Assembly: GCA_965230955.1 (NCBI GenBank)
Contig: OZ246404.1
Coordinates: forward strand, 500,995 to 564,994
DNA from: an uncultured Candidatus Saccharibacteria bacterium
Lineage (GTDB): Bacteria; Patescibacteriota; CALEFQ01
Direction of reading: 5' to 3'
DNA length: 64,000 nucleotides
A program made the translations under genes and the position numbers. The number at the start of each line of letters is the position of its first letter. The first letter of the stretch is position 1. The notes beneath the pieces were generated by a model, which saw only the letters and a list, made by a program, of their open reading frames with translations, did no database searches and was not told where the DNA came from. Below are positions 1 through 10,675 of this stretch, one piece after another.

Positions 1-869
1 GTAGATTTGGCGCCAAAATTGCCGAAAATCCTCTGAAAACCGCTGAAGCCGGTAAGGCGGCGGCTCTCAAACTTGCCACGGGCGAACTGGTGGCCATTAT
101 CGATTCCGATAATATTATGCCGGATCCGAATTGGCTACAGCGTATGGTTGAACCGTTTCGAGATGCCTCTATCGTTGCCAGTGAACCATGGGAATACACC
201 TATCGCAAAAATGATCCGGCTTTGACCAGGTATTTTGCCATGATCGGAATGAATGATCCGCTGGTGTTGTTTCTTGGGAATTACGATCGCCGCAATTTTA
301 TTACCGGGCGTTGGACTGGCTTGCCCGTCAAAACAGAGGACAAGGGCAACTATTTGAAGGCTTATCTCCGGGAAGATACTCTGCCGACGATCGGCGCTAA
401 TGGTTTTATTATTCGTAGAGCGGAACTTCTAAAATGTACCGTCGATAAGTATGTCTTTGATATCGACTTGCTCCATGAGCTTATCAAGCTCCGAGGCGGC
501 CAGGTGATTGCGGCTAAGGTCAAAACCGGAATCGTTCATCTCTATTCTGGAACGGTCCGCACTTTTATCACAAAACAGAAGCGGCGCGTCAAGGATTTTC
601 TTCATTTCGGTGAGCAGAAAAAGGACACTGGCTATCCCTGGATGAAAAGATATTTAGCTCGAGTGGTTTTGTTTGCGTTGGCCTGTCTGACGGTAATTCC
701 GTTGCTGATCCAGTTGCTCATTGGCTATACGCGTAAACCTGATTGGATTTGGTGGTTTCATCCGGTTGCCTGTTGGATTACCCTGTGGGTATACGGCTGG
801 GGCGCGCTAACCAGCTTCTTGACGGGCCGGAAGATCGCTGACCGGGCCGAGTGGAAGCAGACCACTTAA
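1..869 (+). CDS. Glycosyltransferase family 2, 5'-truncated by the window edge, with C-terminal TM helices
   Basis: Frame is open from position 3 (RFGAKIAENPLKTAEAGKAAALKLATGELVAIIDSDN). DxD motif IDSD; hydrophobic C-terminus. Confidence 0.85.
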   Translation, partial: RFGAKIAENPLKTAEAGKAAALKLATGELVAIIDSDNIMPDPNWLQRMVEPFRDASIVASEPWEYTYRKNDPALTRYFAMIGMNDPLVLFLGNYDRRNFITGRWTGLPVKTEDKGNYLKAYLREDTLPTIGANGFIIRRAELLKCTVDKYVFDIDLLHELIKLRGGQVIAAKVKTGIVHLYSGTVRTFITKQKRRVKDFLHFGEQKKDTGYPWMKRYLARVVLFALACLTVIPLLIQLLIGYTRKPDWIWWFHPVACWITLWVYGWGALTSFLTGRKIADRAEWKQTT

Positions 870-877
870 TTGGATTT

Positions 878-1822
878 ATGAATCCTGACATAACAATTAT
901 CGTACCGGTTTATAACGAAGAGAAAAATATCGAGCCGCTTTATCGCGAGCTGGATAGTGTTCTGGCTAAAATATTCATTTCCGCTGAAATAATTTTCATA
1001 AATGACGGCAGTACCGATGGATCACTGGAAAAATTGCAAAGGATCCACCAGAACGATTCCCGTGTCATAGTTATAGATTTTCGTAGAAATTTCGGCCAGA
1101 CGGCATCCCTGATGGCGGGGTTTGATTTGGCGCGCGGGAAAATAGTAATTACACTTGATGGTGACGGCCAGAACGACCCAGCCGATATATCGAAGTTATT
1201 GCAAAAAATTCACGCTGGATTCGATGTCATTAGTGGTTGGCGTGCGCATCGGCAGGAGCCGGCTCTAACGCGGCGTTGGCCCTCGAGTTTGGCCAATAAA
1301 TTAATCAGTCGCTTGACCGGCCTGTATCTTCATGATTACGGTTGCTCCCTAAAGGCTTATCGGGCTAATTTTGTGAAAGAGATCAGACTATATGGCGAGA
1401 TGCATCGCTTCATTCCGGCTTTGTGCGCCTGGAATGGTGCCCGGGTGACCGAAGTGGCGGTCAATGATCGGCCGAGGAAATTTGGCCATTCAAAATACAA
1501 TTTGAGTCGAACCGGTAGAGTAATTTTAGATTTATTTACCGTAAAATTCTTGATTGGGTTTTCGACGCGGCCAATCCAAATTTTCGGACGGATTGGAATA
1601 GTTTCTTTTATCCTGGGATTGATTTCTTTGATTGCTGTTATTGTTCTAAAGTTGGCAATAAATTTTGACATGTCTGGAAATCCGCTTTTGATTCTGGGGA
1701 TATTGTTTATATTAGTCGGTATCCAATTCGTAGTCATGGGGTTATTGGCGGAGATAAATATCCGCACGTATCATGAATCACAGGATAAAAAAATCTATAA
1801 AATCAGACAGATCTTGAAATGA
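878..1822 (+). CDS. GT2 polyprenyl-phosphate glycosyltransferase (ArnC/GtrB/DPM-like) with 2 C-terminal TM helices
   Basis: IIVPVYNEE, INDGSTD, RRNFGQTA, LDGDGQNDP, GEMHRFIP. Start moved to ATG 878. Confidence 0.9.
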   Translation: MNPDITIIVPVYNEEKNIEPLYRELDSVLAKIFISAEIIFINDGSTDGSLEKLQRIHQNDSRVIVIDFRRNFGQTASLMAGFDLARGKIVITLDGDGQNDPADISKLLQKIHAGFDVISGWRAHRQEPALTRRWPSSLANKLISRLTGLYLHDYGCSLKAYRANFVKEIRLYGEMHRFIPALCAWNGARVTEVAVNDRPRKFGHSKYNLSRTGRVILDLFTVKFLIGFSTRPIQIFGRIGIVSFILGLISLIAVIVLKLAINFDMSGNPLLILGILFILVGIQFVVMGLLAEINIRTYHESQDKKIYKIRQILK

Positions 1823-2964
1823 AAATTTTATTATTAAACTTTGAGTATCCGCCCGTCGGCGGCGGCGGAGGAGTCGCGACCAAAAATTATGCTGAAGAAT
1901 GGGCTCGAAAAGGGCATCAGGTGGAAGTTATCACCAGTAATTTCTCCGGATTGCCCGCGCAAGACACGAAGAATGGAGTCAAGGTTATCAGATTGGAAGT
2001 GCCCCAACGATCTTATCGTGCGACCGCCAGTTTCCGCGCTATGCTTGGTTACATCGTTTCGGGGGGGAGGTTGGTCTGGCGGAAGAGAAAATATTATCGC
2101 CAATTCGATATTATTAATACTCATTTTGCCTTGCCGACTGGCCCATTGGGAGTCCTGGCAAAAATAATTTTGAAAGTTCCCAATGTTCTTACTATAATTG
2201 GTGGGGACATTTATGATCCGTCTCTGAAGAGATCCCCGCATCGGAATTTTTTTTATCAGCGAGTTAATCGTTATATTATCAATGCGGCTGATTCGGTCAT
2301 CGCTATTTCAAATGATATTAAGAACAGGGCCCGAGAATATTATAAAATTACCCGGCCGATCAAGGCGGTTAATATTGGTTTTCGGTTAGTTGGAAGAGCA
2401 AAGCGTGATCGGCAGCGGTTAAAACTTGACGAATCTAAATTTTATCTGATAGCCGTTGGTCGCTTGGTGGGGCGTAAGGGATTTCCCTACGCCATTACGG
2501 CGTTGAAGTATCTGCCGGAAATGATTAGCCTACTGATTATCGGTGATGGGCCCGAGATGAATGATTTAATGGAAATAGCTAAGCATGAGGGCGTGAGCCA
2601 ACGAGTCATCTTTTTGGGTTATCATGTGTCAGATATCAACCGCTACTTAGCCTGTGCCGATATTTTTATACTATCTTCGCTGCACGAGGGTATGGGGATT
2701 GTGATTCAAGAGGCAATGGCGGCGGGACTGCCGGTAATTTCTACCAATATTGGCGGCCAGACAGATTTGATAAAAGATCAGATAAATGGTTTGCTGGTTA
2801 GTCCTGGTAGCTCCAGGGAAATTGCCCTGGCAGTCAAGGCATTGGCGGAAAATCCGGCTTTACGAGAAAAAATGTCAGCCAATAATTTGCGTGACATAAA
2901 AAAATACGATCTGACCGACAACGCCGAAGTTTACGTACAAATATTTCGCAGTTTGATTGCTTAA
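1819..2964 (+). CDS. Glycosyltransferase family 4
   Basis: EYPPVGGGGG N-terminus, VGRLVGRKG, EGMGIVIQEAMAAGLPVI (Ex7E). ATGA overlap with the upstream gene. Confidence 0.92.
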   Translation: MKILLLNFEYPPVGGGGGVATKNYAEEWARKGHQVEVITSNFSGLPAQDTKNGVKVIRLEVPQRSYRATASFRAMLGYIVSGGRLVWRKRKYYRQFDIINTHFALPTGPLGVLAKIILKVPNVLTIIGGDIYDPSLKRSPHRNFFYQRVNRYIINAADSVIAISNDIKNRAREYYKITRPIKAVNIGFRLVGRAKRDRQRLKLDESKFYLIAVGRLVGRKGFPYAITALKYLPEMISLLIIGDGPEMNDLMEIAKHEGVSQRVIFLGYHVSDINRYLACADIFILSSLHEGMGIVIQEAMAAGLPVISTNIGGQTDLIKDQINGLLVSPGSSREIALAVKALAENPALREKMSANNLRDIKKYDLTDNAEVYVQIFRSLIA

Positions 2965-2966
2965 TT

Positions 2967-5483
2967 ATGTCTAAAATAAAAAAATTGCTTTCGCGTCCTT
3001 ATTTTTGGCTGGCCATGGTGATTTTATTGGCCGCCATTCTGCGCCTCTGGGGGACCGGATATGGATTGCCCGGGTATGCGTATCATACCGATGGGTCATT
3101 ATATATTCGCGGCGTACTGAGTTGGCTGGAAGGGGATTCCGCTGAACTGTCAGCACGTTCGGATTTCCCGTCATTGTTTTTTGGTTTATTGTTTGTGTTA
3201 TTTGGTACTGTTCGATGGATAAGTTCCTGGTTTGCTTCCACCTCGCCGGCATTCAGTGACTATATTTTTGTCGGACGGGTTGTCTCGGCGTTTTTTTCCG
3301 TATCGACGGTCGGTTTGATTTATCTATTAGCCCGGCGATTGTTTAATCGCACGGTTGGCTTGTTGTCGGCTTTAGCACTGGCGGTAACATTTTTAGACGT
3401 CCAGATTTCCCATTATGTTAAGCATGACGTTTATGTCGAGTTTTTCGGAGTGCTGGCGCTATTTTTTACTTGGCTGCTCTATGAAAAAAAGAAATGGCTA
3501 TATCTCTGGCTGGCTTTGGGGACAATCGTTTTAGCGGGAACGACGAAGTTATACGGATTTTTATTTTTGTTGCCGTTATTGCTGGTAATAATGGCCGTAG
3601 GCTGGCGGGCTAAAAAAGATCGTGATTGGTCAGCGCTTTGGCGTTCGCTTGCCTGGCTGCTTGTTATCATCGTTGTTTTGGCGATATTTTTAGGTATTTA
3701 TACACAGCGGTCTTCAACCAATGCTCCTGAGGTGGAGGTATTTGAGTCGAAATACTTTGGGCGTCTCGTTGATCGTTTGCTTAATCCGTTTCGCGATGTC
3801 GATATGGTGCTGGCGAGTGATGCCGACGGTATTCCCAATTACTTGTGGTGGCCGCAGTATTTAGCCATGGTAGGTGTCTATTATCCTTTGTTTATAAGTG
3901 CGATAGCCGGAATTATTCTGTTGTTGCGTAGGATATCTTTTAAGGTTATTTGGTTGCTTAGCTTTCCGGCGGTTTATGTCGTGGTCTTGTGCTTGCAAAC
4001 GGTTCGCTTCGATCGTTGGGCTTCTGTTTTGACTCCCTTTCTAGCGGTGGCGGCCGGATTTTTTGCTTATTGGTACCTGCAGAAAACAAAAACCTTAGGA
4101 GTGATATTTAGGTACTGCATGGGGATCGGTTTATTTTTGGTTTTATTTGCTTGGCCGGGCATACGCGTGTCACTTTTTGACTATATTATCAGCCAACCGG
4201 CAACTCGCGAAGAAGTATCGGAATATGTCGGCAATAATACTGATCCCGGACACGTTGTTTTTTCCTATGGTTCGTCCGCCACCGCGCAGATGCTTATCCG
4301 TGATTACCCGGGGTTTAGTTTGCAGGAAATCGACGGCTGGATCGATGGCCAAAAGAATATTTTCAGGTTTCATGGCGAGAAGATGATTCTAGATAAAAGC
4401 CAGTATGATATTGCTTATAATTACCGAGCTACAGATCGATATCGTTTAGCTTATAAAACATTGGAATTGATATCAAGTCGCTCCGTTCCTGAAAAGATTT
4501 TTAGTTACCAGCTTTTTGATAATGGTTTATTTTCACCAACGAATTTGGAACACGGTTCAACTGTAAATAATTACCATCAGCCGCCGATGTATTTATTTAC
4601 TATTCCTGATGTTCCCGATCTTGAATTGCCTCCTTTTGAAAAAATTTACTCGGCTGAAAGCATGGCCGATATTTCAAGCGCTAAGTTTTCGGAAGTCGGG
4701 GATCGGAGACGTCTGGTTCTTGATCCTGATGTCGCTGATGGAATTGCTGGTGGAAGGGAGGCTATGCCGGCCGGTACTTATCAGGTTGAATTCGCACTGG
4801 CTGCGGAAAGTCCGGCTAAATCTGAGACCATTGCTACCGTCAGCCTACGCGATTTTGGTCTCAATTCTTCTATTATTTCCTCGACGGTTGGCAGTGAACC
4901 TGACCATTTGACAGGTCAGACTTTTCACGTCACTCTGCCATTGAAGTTGACCCGAGCTACATTGGTTGAATTTACGGTGAATGATCAGGATCTGCCAGGG
5001 ACCAAGATTTGGTTGGAACAAGTGAAAATCATCGAGGCTCCAATCGATGAGGAAGATTTCACTCGTCGGCAAGACGAGCTTGTTAATACTAATCGGTCGG
5101 GAACTTTTTCTGCCCAACAGATTGCCAATTTTACTAACATTTCGACCGTGACGGATTCGCGAGCGACGAACGGTTTTGTGATAAAAAATAAGCCAACCGG
5201 GGGGCCTTATTTAGAGTTGCCGCCGGGTGACTACCAAGCAGTTTTTTCCTTGATTTATGATATTCCCGATAATCAGGATTGTGCCAATCTCGATGTGGTT
5301 ACGGGCGGAGGGGGACAAACACTTGCCAGTCAAACAATTACCGGTTCTAGTGCCGAGCTTTTGGCCGAAAAAACACTGGATTTTTCTCAGGATACGCCGG
5401 GGCAGATCGAGGCCCGGCTCAACTATCTTGGCTGTGGCCAGGTTATGCTCGATCAACTGGAAATAAAATCTCGCTACCCCTGA
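2967..5483 (+). CDS. GT-C (ArnT/PMT_2-like) membrane glycosyltransferase with tandem C-terminal beta-sandwich domains
   Basis: LAAILRLWG..GLP..YHTDG N-terminus and many TM helices. Two related C-terminal units (GGREAMPAGTYQVEFAL / GGPYLELPPGDYQAVFSL). Confidence 0.75.
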   Translation: MSKIKKLLSRPYFWLAMVILLAAILRLWGTGYGLPGYAYHTDGSLYIRGVLSWLEGDSAELSARSDFPSLFFGLLFVLFGTVRWISSWFASTSPAFSDYIFVGRVVSAFFSVSTVGLIYLLARRLFNRTVGLLSALALAVTFLDVQISHYVKHDVYVEFFGVLALFFTWLLYEKKKWLYLWLALGTIVLAGTTKLYGFLFLLPLLLVIMAVGWRAKKDRDWSALWRSLAWLLVIIVVLAIFLGIYTQRSSTNAPEVEVFESKYFGRLVDRLLNPFRDVDMVLASDADGIPNYLWWPQYLAMVGVYYPLFISAIAGIILLLRRISFKVIWLLSFPAVYVVVLCLQTVRFDRWASVLTPFLAVAAGFFAYWYLQKTKTLGVIFRYCMGIGLFLVLFAWPGIRVSLFDYIISQPATREEVSEYVGNNTDPGHVVFSYGSSATAQMLIRDYPGFSLQEIDGWIDGQKNIFRFHGEKMILDKSQYDIAYNYRATDRYRLAYKTLELISSRSVPEKIFSYQLFDNGLFSPTNLEHGSTVNNYHQPPMYLFTIPDVPDLELPPFEKIYSAESMADISSAKFSEVGDRRRLVLDPDVADGIAGGREAMPAGTYQVEFALAAESPAKSETIATVSLRDFGLNSSIISSTVGSEPDHLTGQTFHVTLPLKLTRATLVEFTVNDQDLPGTKIWLEQVKIIEAPIDEEDFTRRQDELVNTNRSGTFSAQQIANFTNISTVTDSRATNGFVIKNKPTGGPYLELPPGDYQAVFSLIYDIPDNQDCANLDVVTGGGGQTLASQTITGSSAELLAEKTLDFSQDTPGQIEARLNYLGCGQVMLDQLEIKSRYP

Positions 5484-5520
5484 TGAACCGGATCGGCTGT
5501 TTATGCCAGAGTTTCCCAAA

Positions 5521-5549
5521 TTGACAAAACGTTTATTCTACGGTTTAAT
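5521..5549 (+). promoter_or_regulatory. sigma70-type promoter candidate
   Basis: TTGACA-17 bp-TTTAAT in an intergenic region upstream of a long + strand operon. Confidence 0.6.
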
Positions 5550-5859
5550 GCTATTAGTGTGGCGGTCATGGCAGATCCCCAATTGTGCTATTTTATTGCG
5601 GCCAAGGATTGTTTCCGAGCAGCTAAAATGATTCATCGGAAACTTTTCGATTGACCGAATTGGCGGATTCAAGCCAGTTTAAAAGACCGCTCTTTTTTCT
5701 GCTTTATACGGCATACTGGTCCGTATTTTGATAATATTTAAAATAATACGGCGGAATTTTCCAGCCCTTTGCCAGTTATTGTATCAGAAAATAATTATCT
5801 ATGAGGCCTTCGGCGGATAATTTCCCGAATGGGTAGTAGTAAATCAGTTGTATACATTT

Positions 5860-6759
5860 ATGAGCACTTCTATTATCGTGACATCGTACAATCGAGGGCC
5901 GGACGTGGAAAAGCTGATTGGTATTTGTCGCGAAATCACATCCCCGATCATGGAAATTATCGTTATCGATGACGGCTCGACTGATAATTCCCGGGAAATA
6001 TATAAAAAGCTTCAGGTTCAAGTATTGCCCTTTGACCTAAGGATACTTTACAACGACAAGAATCGCGGTGCGTCTTACTCGCGCAATCGCGGAGCTAGTG
6101 AATCGCGCGGAGAGATTTTGATTTTCATTGATTCCGATGTAATTTTCACCCCAGCCGTTATTGAGTTCCTGCTGACCAAAATGTCGACAGGCGATTATGA
6201 TATTTGTTTTCCGCAAGCTTTATATCAGGACGGTAGTCGGTTGAATCCCTTGTCTGCTTTTGACGAACGGCGCTGTATGAATTCGATAATGTTTTTGATT
6301 AAAAAGAAAGCCCTGAGCCGAATGGATATGTTTTTCGACGATGCCATAATGGTGTATACCGACGATGCTGATTTTTTCTTGCGGGCCTATACCCTCGGCT
6401 TAAAAATACAATACATTCCAGAAGTTAAAATATATCATCCGAAGCCTGTTTCATTGTCCGGGATATCGTATTATTACCGGTGGCGGCATATAATATATTT
6501 TTACCTGAAACTGCACGGTTTGGTTGAGTATCATATTCCTTTCATATTTTATATTGCCGGGAATATGATAACTTATTTGCTTATATCTCTGACAACTCAT
6601 CATTTCCACGGTTTCCACATGACGCCGGTTCGCTATCGATCGACCAGGCGTCAGTTGTTGAAATATTATTTTCAGGCCTTCGGTTGGAATCGGAAAAGGT
6701 CGAAGCAGATTCATGATCGTCGCCAACTGCTTTATCTCAAGATAAAAGAAAGCAAATAG
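5860..6759 (+). CDS. Glycosyltransferase family 2
   Basis: SIIVTSYNR, IDDGSTD, NRGASYSRNRG, FIDSD. Confidence 0.9.
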   Translation: MSTSIIVTSYNRGPDVEKLIGICREITSPIMEIIVIDDGSTDNSREIYKKLQVQVLPFDLRILYNDKNRGASYSRNRGASESRGEILIFIDSDVIFTPAVIEFLLTKMSTGDYDICFPQALYQDGSRLNPLSAFDERRCMNSIMFLIKKKALSRMDMFFDDAIMVYTDDADFFLRAYTLGLKIQYIPEVKIYHPKPVSLSGISYYYRWRHIIYFYLKLHGLVEYHIPFIFYIAGNMITYLLISLTTHHFHGFHMTPVRYRSTRRQLLKYYFQAFGWNRKRSKQIHDRRQLLYLKIKESK

Positions 6760-6765
6760 TACTTT

Positions 6766-7464
6766 ATGGCCAGCGGTAAATTAAACTATGTATCATCCAT
6801 TGATACCGGCGCTCCGACTTTGGTGCAACGGTCGTCTTTTGACAATTATGTTTCTTACTTTCGGGGGAAAAAAGTCTTGGATGTCGGGTGCTGGACCGGC
6901 GGCTTTGAACACTATTTACAAACGGCGACGGATCAGGCTTATGCGATCGAATTGGAGCCGGCCGCTCTAAAGATTGCCCAGAAGCGCTATCCAAAAGTGA
7001 AGTTCCAACGGGGCACTGTTTTTTCCATTCCATATCCGGACAGTACTTTCGATGTTGTTACCTTGTGGTGGGTAATGGAGCATCTGCCGATCGACTCCGA
7101 GATTCGAGCTTTCAAGGAGATTCGTCGAGTACTAAAATCCCGAGGACACTTCATTTTGAGTGTCCCGCATTGGCATTGGTTTAATAATATCCTCGATCCG
7201 GCATTTTGGCTGAAAGGTCATCGCCACTACCAGGCGCGGCATGTCACTCAAATGCTGAAATCTGCCGGATTGGAAGCCAAGCAAATTAGGATTCAGGGAA
7301 GGTTTTGGTATTGTTTTTCCGTCGATGTTTTTTATTTCTGGAAGCATATTTTGCGCCGGCCGATGCCCGCCCGTTGGCAAAATTGGTTTGATCGACGGAT
7401 TGAAAAGGAATTACGCCGGGTGGGCTACGGCGATTTGTATATATTATCGCAAAAAGATGAATAA
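6766..7464 (+). CDS. Class I SAM-dependent methyltransferase (Methyltransf_11-like)
   Basis: VLDVGCWTG motif I; FDVVTLWWVMEH; RVLKSRG. Confidence 0.88.
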   Translation: MASGKLNYVSSIDTGAPTLVQRSSFDNYVSYFRGKKVLDVGCWTGGFEHYLQTATDQAYAIELEPAALKIAQKRYPKVKFQRGTVFSIPYPDSTFDVVTLWWVMEHLPIDSEIRAFKEIRRVLKSRGHFILSVPHWHWFNNILDPAFWLKGHRHYQARHVTQMLKSAGLEAKQIRIQGRFWYCFSVDVFYFWKHILRRPMPARWQNWFDRRIEKELRRVGYGDLYILSQKDE

Positions 7465-8386
7465 CTTAAAGATATCGGTTATTATCCCGGTTTATAATCG
7501 ACGGGAGGAAGTTGCCGAATGTCTACGGACCGTTTTTTCCAGTGATTATGATAATTACGAGGTCGTTGTTGTCGATGATTGTTCTCGGGACGGTACCGTT
7601 GCTTACTTGTCGCGGAATTTCCCCGCGGTTAAGCTTTTGGCCAATAAGGAAAATCACGGTGCGGCTTTTTCTCGAAATGCCGGGGCTCGTGTGGCCAGTG
7701 GGCAAATTTTATTCTTCCTGGACTCCGATACCGCCATTGCTCCCGACACATTGTCAAAAACGGCCGAGATCTTTGCTCGCTATCCCGATGCCGGCTTGGT
7801 TGCGCCGATAATTTATTATTTTTGCGATCCGAAAAGAATTTGGTATGCCGGAGCTTTTATCGACCAGTGGACCAGTCGAGCTCACTACCGCGGGATCAAT
7901 GAAATTGATCGGGGTCAATATCGCGAAGGCGAAATACCGAACGGCCACGCGCCGACGGCCTCGGCGATTAAGCGCGAAGTCTTGTTTCGCGCCGGTTTAT
8001 TCGAGGAAAGAGAAGACTTTTATATGGGGTTTGAAGAGCCGGATTTGGCCAAAAGGATTGAACGGCAGGGAGGACGATTGATTTTTGCTCCGGCGGTAAA
8101 GGTTTGGCACAAAATTCCCGTCCCGGAATTTAAGGACAGCCGAGCCCGGGAATTCTTGTTCTATATCAGCTTTCGCACGCCGAAAGTCGCTTATACCACT
8201 TCGCGCAATCGAGTTACATACATGCGAAGATATGCTCCTAAGTTTAATTATTTTGTTTTCCGTTTGGTTTTTCTGCCGCTTAGTCTGGCGATTTATTGGT
8301 TAAAGAGCGTTTGCTCTCATCAGCCGGATATGTGGAAGAATATCTGGCGGGGTACGCGAGCCGCTTTAAAACAAAAAAATGTTTAA
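7457..8386 (+). CDS. Glycosyltransferase family 2 (WbbL/rhamnosyltransferase-like)
   Basis: ISVIIPVYNR, VDDCSRD, FLDSD, YMGFEEPDL. Start moved to ATG 7457. Confidence 0.9.
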   Translation: MNNLKISVIIPVYNRREEVAECLRTVFSSDYDNYEVVVVDDCSRDGTVAYLSRNFPAVKLLANKENHGAAFSRNAGARVASGQILFFLDSDTAIAPDTLSKTAEIFARYPDAGLVAPIIYYFCDPKRIWYAGAFIDQWTSRAHYRGINEIDRGQYREGEIPNGHAPTASAIKREVLFRAGLFEEREDFYMGFEEPDLAKRIERQGGRLIFAPAVKVWHKIPVPEFKDSRAREFLFYISFRTPKVAYTTSRNRVTYMRRYAPKFNYFVFRLVFLPLSLAIYWLKSVCSHQPDMWKNIWRGTRAALKQKNV

Positions 8387-9857
8387 AGTACTATTTGTCA
8401 TTCCCAGGAGTAAAAATTTGTTTGGCGACGAGGTGAAGACCAAACAAGGTGAAATTGTATTTGGCGGACATCCCCATGTTGGGATTGCCTATTTGATTGC
8501 CGTATTGCGCCAAAATAACATTGAGGCGAAGGTTTTTGATACGTTGGTCGAGAATGACGACCGAAAATTGCTTCAACTGATGAAAGATTATCAGCCGAAT
8601 TTGATTGGCATCACCGGTTTCAGCTATAGTTACGGCTATGTCAAAGCTATTATCGATCTGGTCACTGATCAAGCCGATTGTCCGGTAGTGCTGGGAGGCC
8701 CACATGTTTCCGCTACCAAAAAACTCTGTTTTAAGGATAATCGCGCCTCCCTGGCGATCAAGGGCGAGGGGGAAGTCACCTTTTTGGAATTAATCCGGGA
8801 ATTACAAAAGCCCGTCTCGGATTTTTCAAAAGTTGACGGGTTGATTTGGCGCCAAGATGGCGAAATAATCGAAAACAGAGACCGTCCTTTTTTGCGCGAT
8901 TTGGACAGTTTGCCGATTCCGGCCTATGAAGCTTTTAAGTTGGATCGCTATTTATACACCAAGCAACACAAGATGCCGATTATTACCTCGCGCGGCTGTC
9001 CTTATGGCTGTAATTATTGTTCGGTGCGTCTTTCGATGGGGCGTAATTTCCGCCCCCGCAGTCCGGAAAACGTAGTGGGGGAAATTGAGCATTGGTACAA
9101 GCGCGGGTGGTGTAATTTTGAATTTAATGATGATTGTTTCAATGTCGACATGGATCGAGCGAAAAAAATTTGCGATTTAATCATCGGTAAAAAGCTGAAG
9201 ATAAAATATGAGTTGTACAACGGGATTCGGGTCGATCGGATTGACGAGGAATTATTACGAAAGATGAAAGCCTCCGGCTGTATTTTCATTTCTTATGGCT
9301 GTGAATCCGGCAGCCAAAAAATTCTCGACCGAATCGGCAAAAAGATAAAATTGCCCCAGGTGCGCCAGGCGGTTCAATTGACCAACAAGGTTGGTATCAA
9401 AAATTCCGTTAACTTTATTATCGGCCATCCGGGCGAGACTATCGAAACAGCGATGGAGTCGATCCGTTTTGCCGATTCTCTGCCGACCAATTTCGTCAAT
9501 TTCTATAATCTGGTGCCTTATCCCGGCACGGAATTATTTGAATGGGTGGATAAAAATGCACGGTTTTTGGTGCCAAAGAAGACTTACCTGGAAAGCATAT
9601 CTTATCGCGATAATAAGCCCGTCTTTGAAACTCCGGAATTTTCGCGCCGAGAACGCATGAAAGTGATAAAGAAAGGCTTCAATTTGTACGAAAAGAAAAT
9701 ACTGGAATTTCGCCTGGGCAAAGCCGGTGGTCGGATAATGTACGGTCTGACTCGGCTCGGTCCGATCGGTAAATGGGCGAGGCAATTTGCCCTAGAAAGC
9801 AAATTTGGTAATAAAATCTATCAGATGCTTTCCGCGAATTCTCGCGCCAGTGACTGA
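8379..9857 (+). CDS. B12-binding domain radical SAM protein
   Basis: N-terminal cobalamin-binding-like domain (PHVGIAYL, VVLGGPHVS, GEGE); SRGCPYGCNYC; YGCESGS. Confidence 0.9.
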   Translation: MFKVLFVIPRSKNLFGDEVKTKQGEIVFGGHPHVGIAYLIAVLRQNNIEAKVFDTLVENDDRKLLQLMKDYQPNLIGITGFSYSYGYVKAIIDLVTDQADCPVVLGGPHVSATKKLCFKDNRASLAIKGEGEVTFLELIRELQKPVSDFSKVDGLIWRQDGEIIENRDRPFLRDLDSLPIPAYEAFKLDRYLYTKQHKMPIITSRGCPYGCNYCSVRLSMGRNFRPRSPENVVGEIEHWYKRGWCNFEFNDDCFNVDMDRAKKICDLIIGKKLKIKYELYNGIRVDRIDEELLRKMKASGCIFISYGCESGSQKILDRIGKKIKLPQVRQAVQLTNKVGIKNSVNFIIGHPGETIETAMESIRFADSLPTNFVNFYNLVPYPGTELFEWVDKNARFLVPKKTYLESISYRDNKPVFETPEFSRRERMKVIKKGFNLYEKKILEFRLGKAGGRIMYGLTRLGPIGKWARQFALESKFGNKIYQMLSANSRASD

Positions 9858-9913
9858 TCCGACCGGTTTCGGCTGGCGAAGTTAAATCATTACATTTGAA
9901 TAAGCTGAGAGAT

Positions 9914-10675
9914 ATGAATAAATGGCAAAACATCCAACAGGAGCATACCGACGAATTGGTTCGGCAGGGTACGTATCATCACGATCGTGATGTTTTTTCA
10001 CAATCTCCCGCCCAGAAACGTAAGCTAGATAATTTTTTTAGAATTGCCGATTTTCCGCCCAAGAGTCATTTGCTTGAGGTTGGTGGGGGCACGGGCAAGT
10101 ATACTATACCGGCTCTTCAACGAGATTATCGCGTCACGGCCAGTGATATTTCCATGTCGGCATTAAAACAATTGCGACATGACGCTCAAGAGCTGGGGGT
10201 TGATCGAAGGTTAGTCGCAACTGTTTGTCGACCGACAGAGCAATTCGATTGGTCGAACAATTTTGACGGCGGTTTTTGCGTGGACGTACTCCATCATCTC
10301 AGCAGTATTGAATTGGGGCTGGAACGAATTTTTAACGCCTTGAAACCCGGAGCGAAATTTGTAGCCTACGAACCAAATGGCGCTAATCCGATTTGGCGCA
10401 TCGCGGGGGCGGTTTGGCCGCCGTTTGATTGGAAATATGAAAAAGGATTAGTCCGTTGTACTTCCCGAAACTTGTTTAACTTGTTTACCAAGATTGGATT
10501 TCGCGATGTCAAAATTACCTATATGTCATTGTTTCCCCGTTTTTTGCATGATCGCTTTCGATTTCTTAATTCTTGGGAAGATAAGATCCTGGGCCATTCT
10601 TTTTGGCGTAAACTGGGAGGATTGATTATTGTCCAGGGTAAAAAACCGCATGAAAATACTGATCTTAAATCCTAA
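9914..10675 (+). CDS. Class I SAM-dependent methyltransferase
   Basis: LLEVGGGTG, DVLHHL, LKPGAKF. Confidence 0.85.
   Translation: MNKWQNIQQEHTDELVRQGTYHHDRDVFSQSPAQKRKLDNFFRIADFPPKSHLLEVGGGTGKYTIPALQRDYRVTASDISMSALKQLRHDAQELGVDRRLVATVCRPTEQFDWSNNFDGGFCVDVLHHLSSIELGLERIFNALKPGAKFVAYEPNGANPIWRIAGAVWPPFDWKYEKGLVRCTSRNLFNLFTKIGFRDVKITYMSLFPRFLHDRFRFLNSWEDKILGHSFWRKLGGLIIVQGKKPHENTDLKS

Noticed and set aside
5559-5572. RfaH ops/JUMPStart element
   Set aside because: GGCGGTCA deviates from GGCGGTAG and the rest of the JUMPStart consensus is absent.
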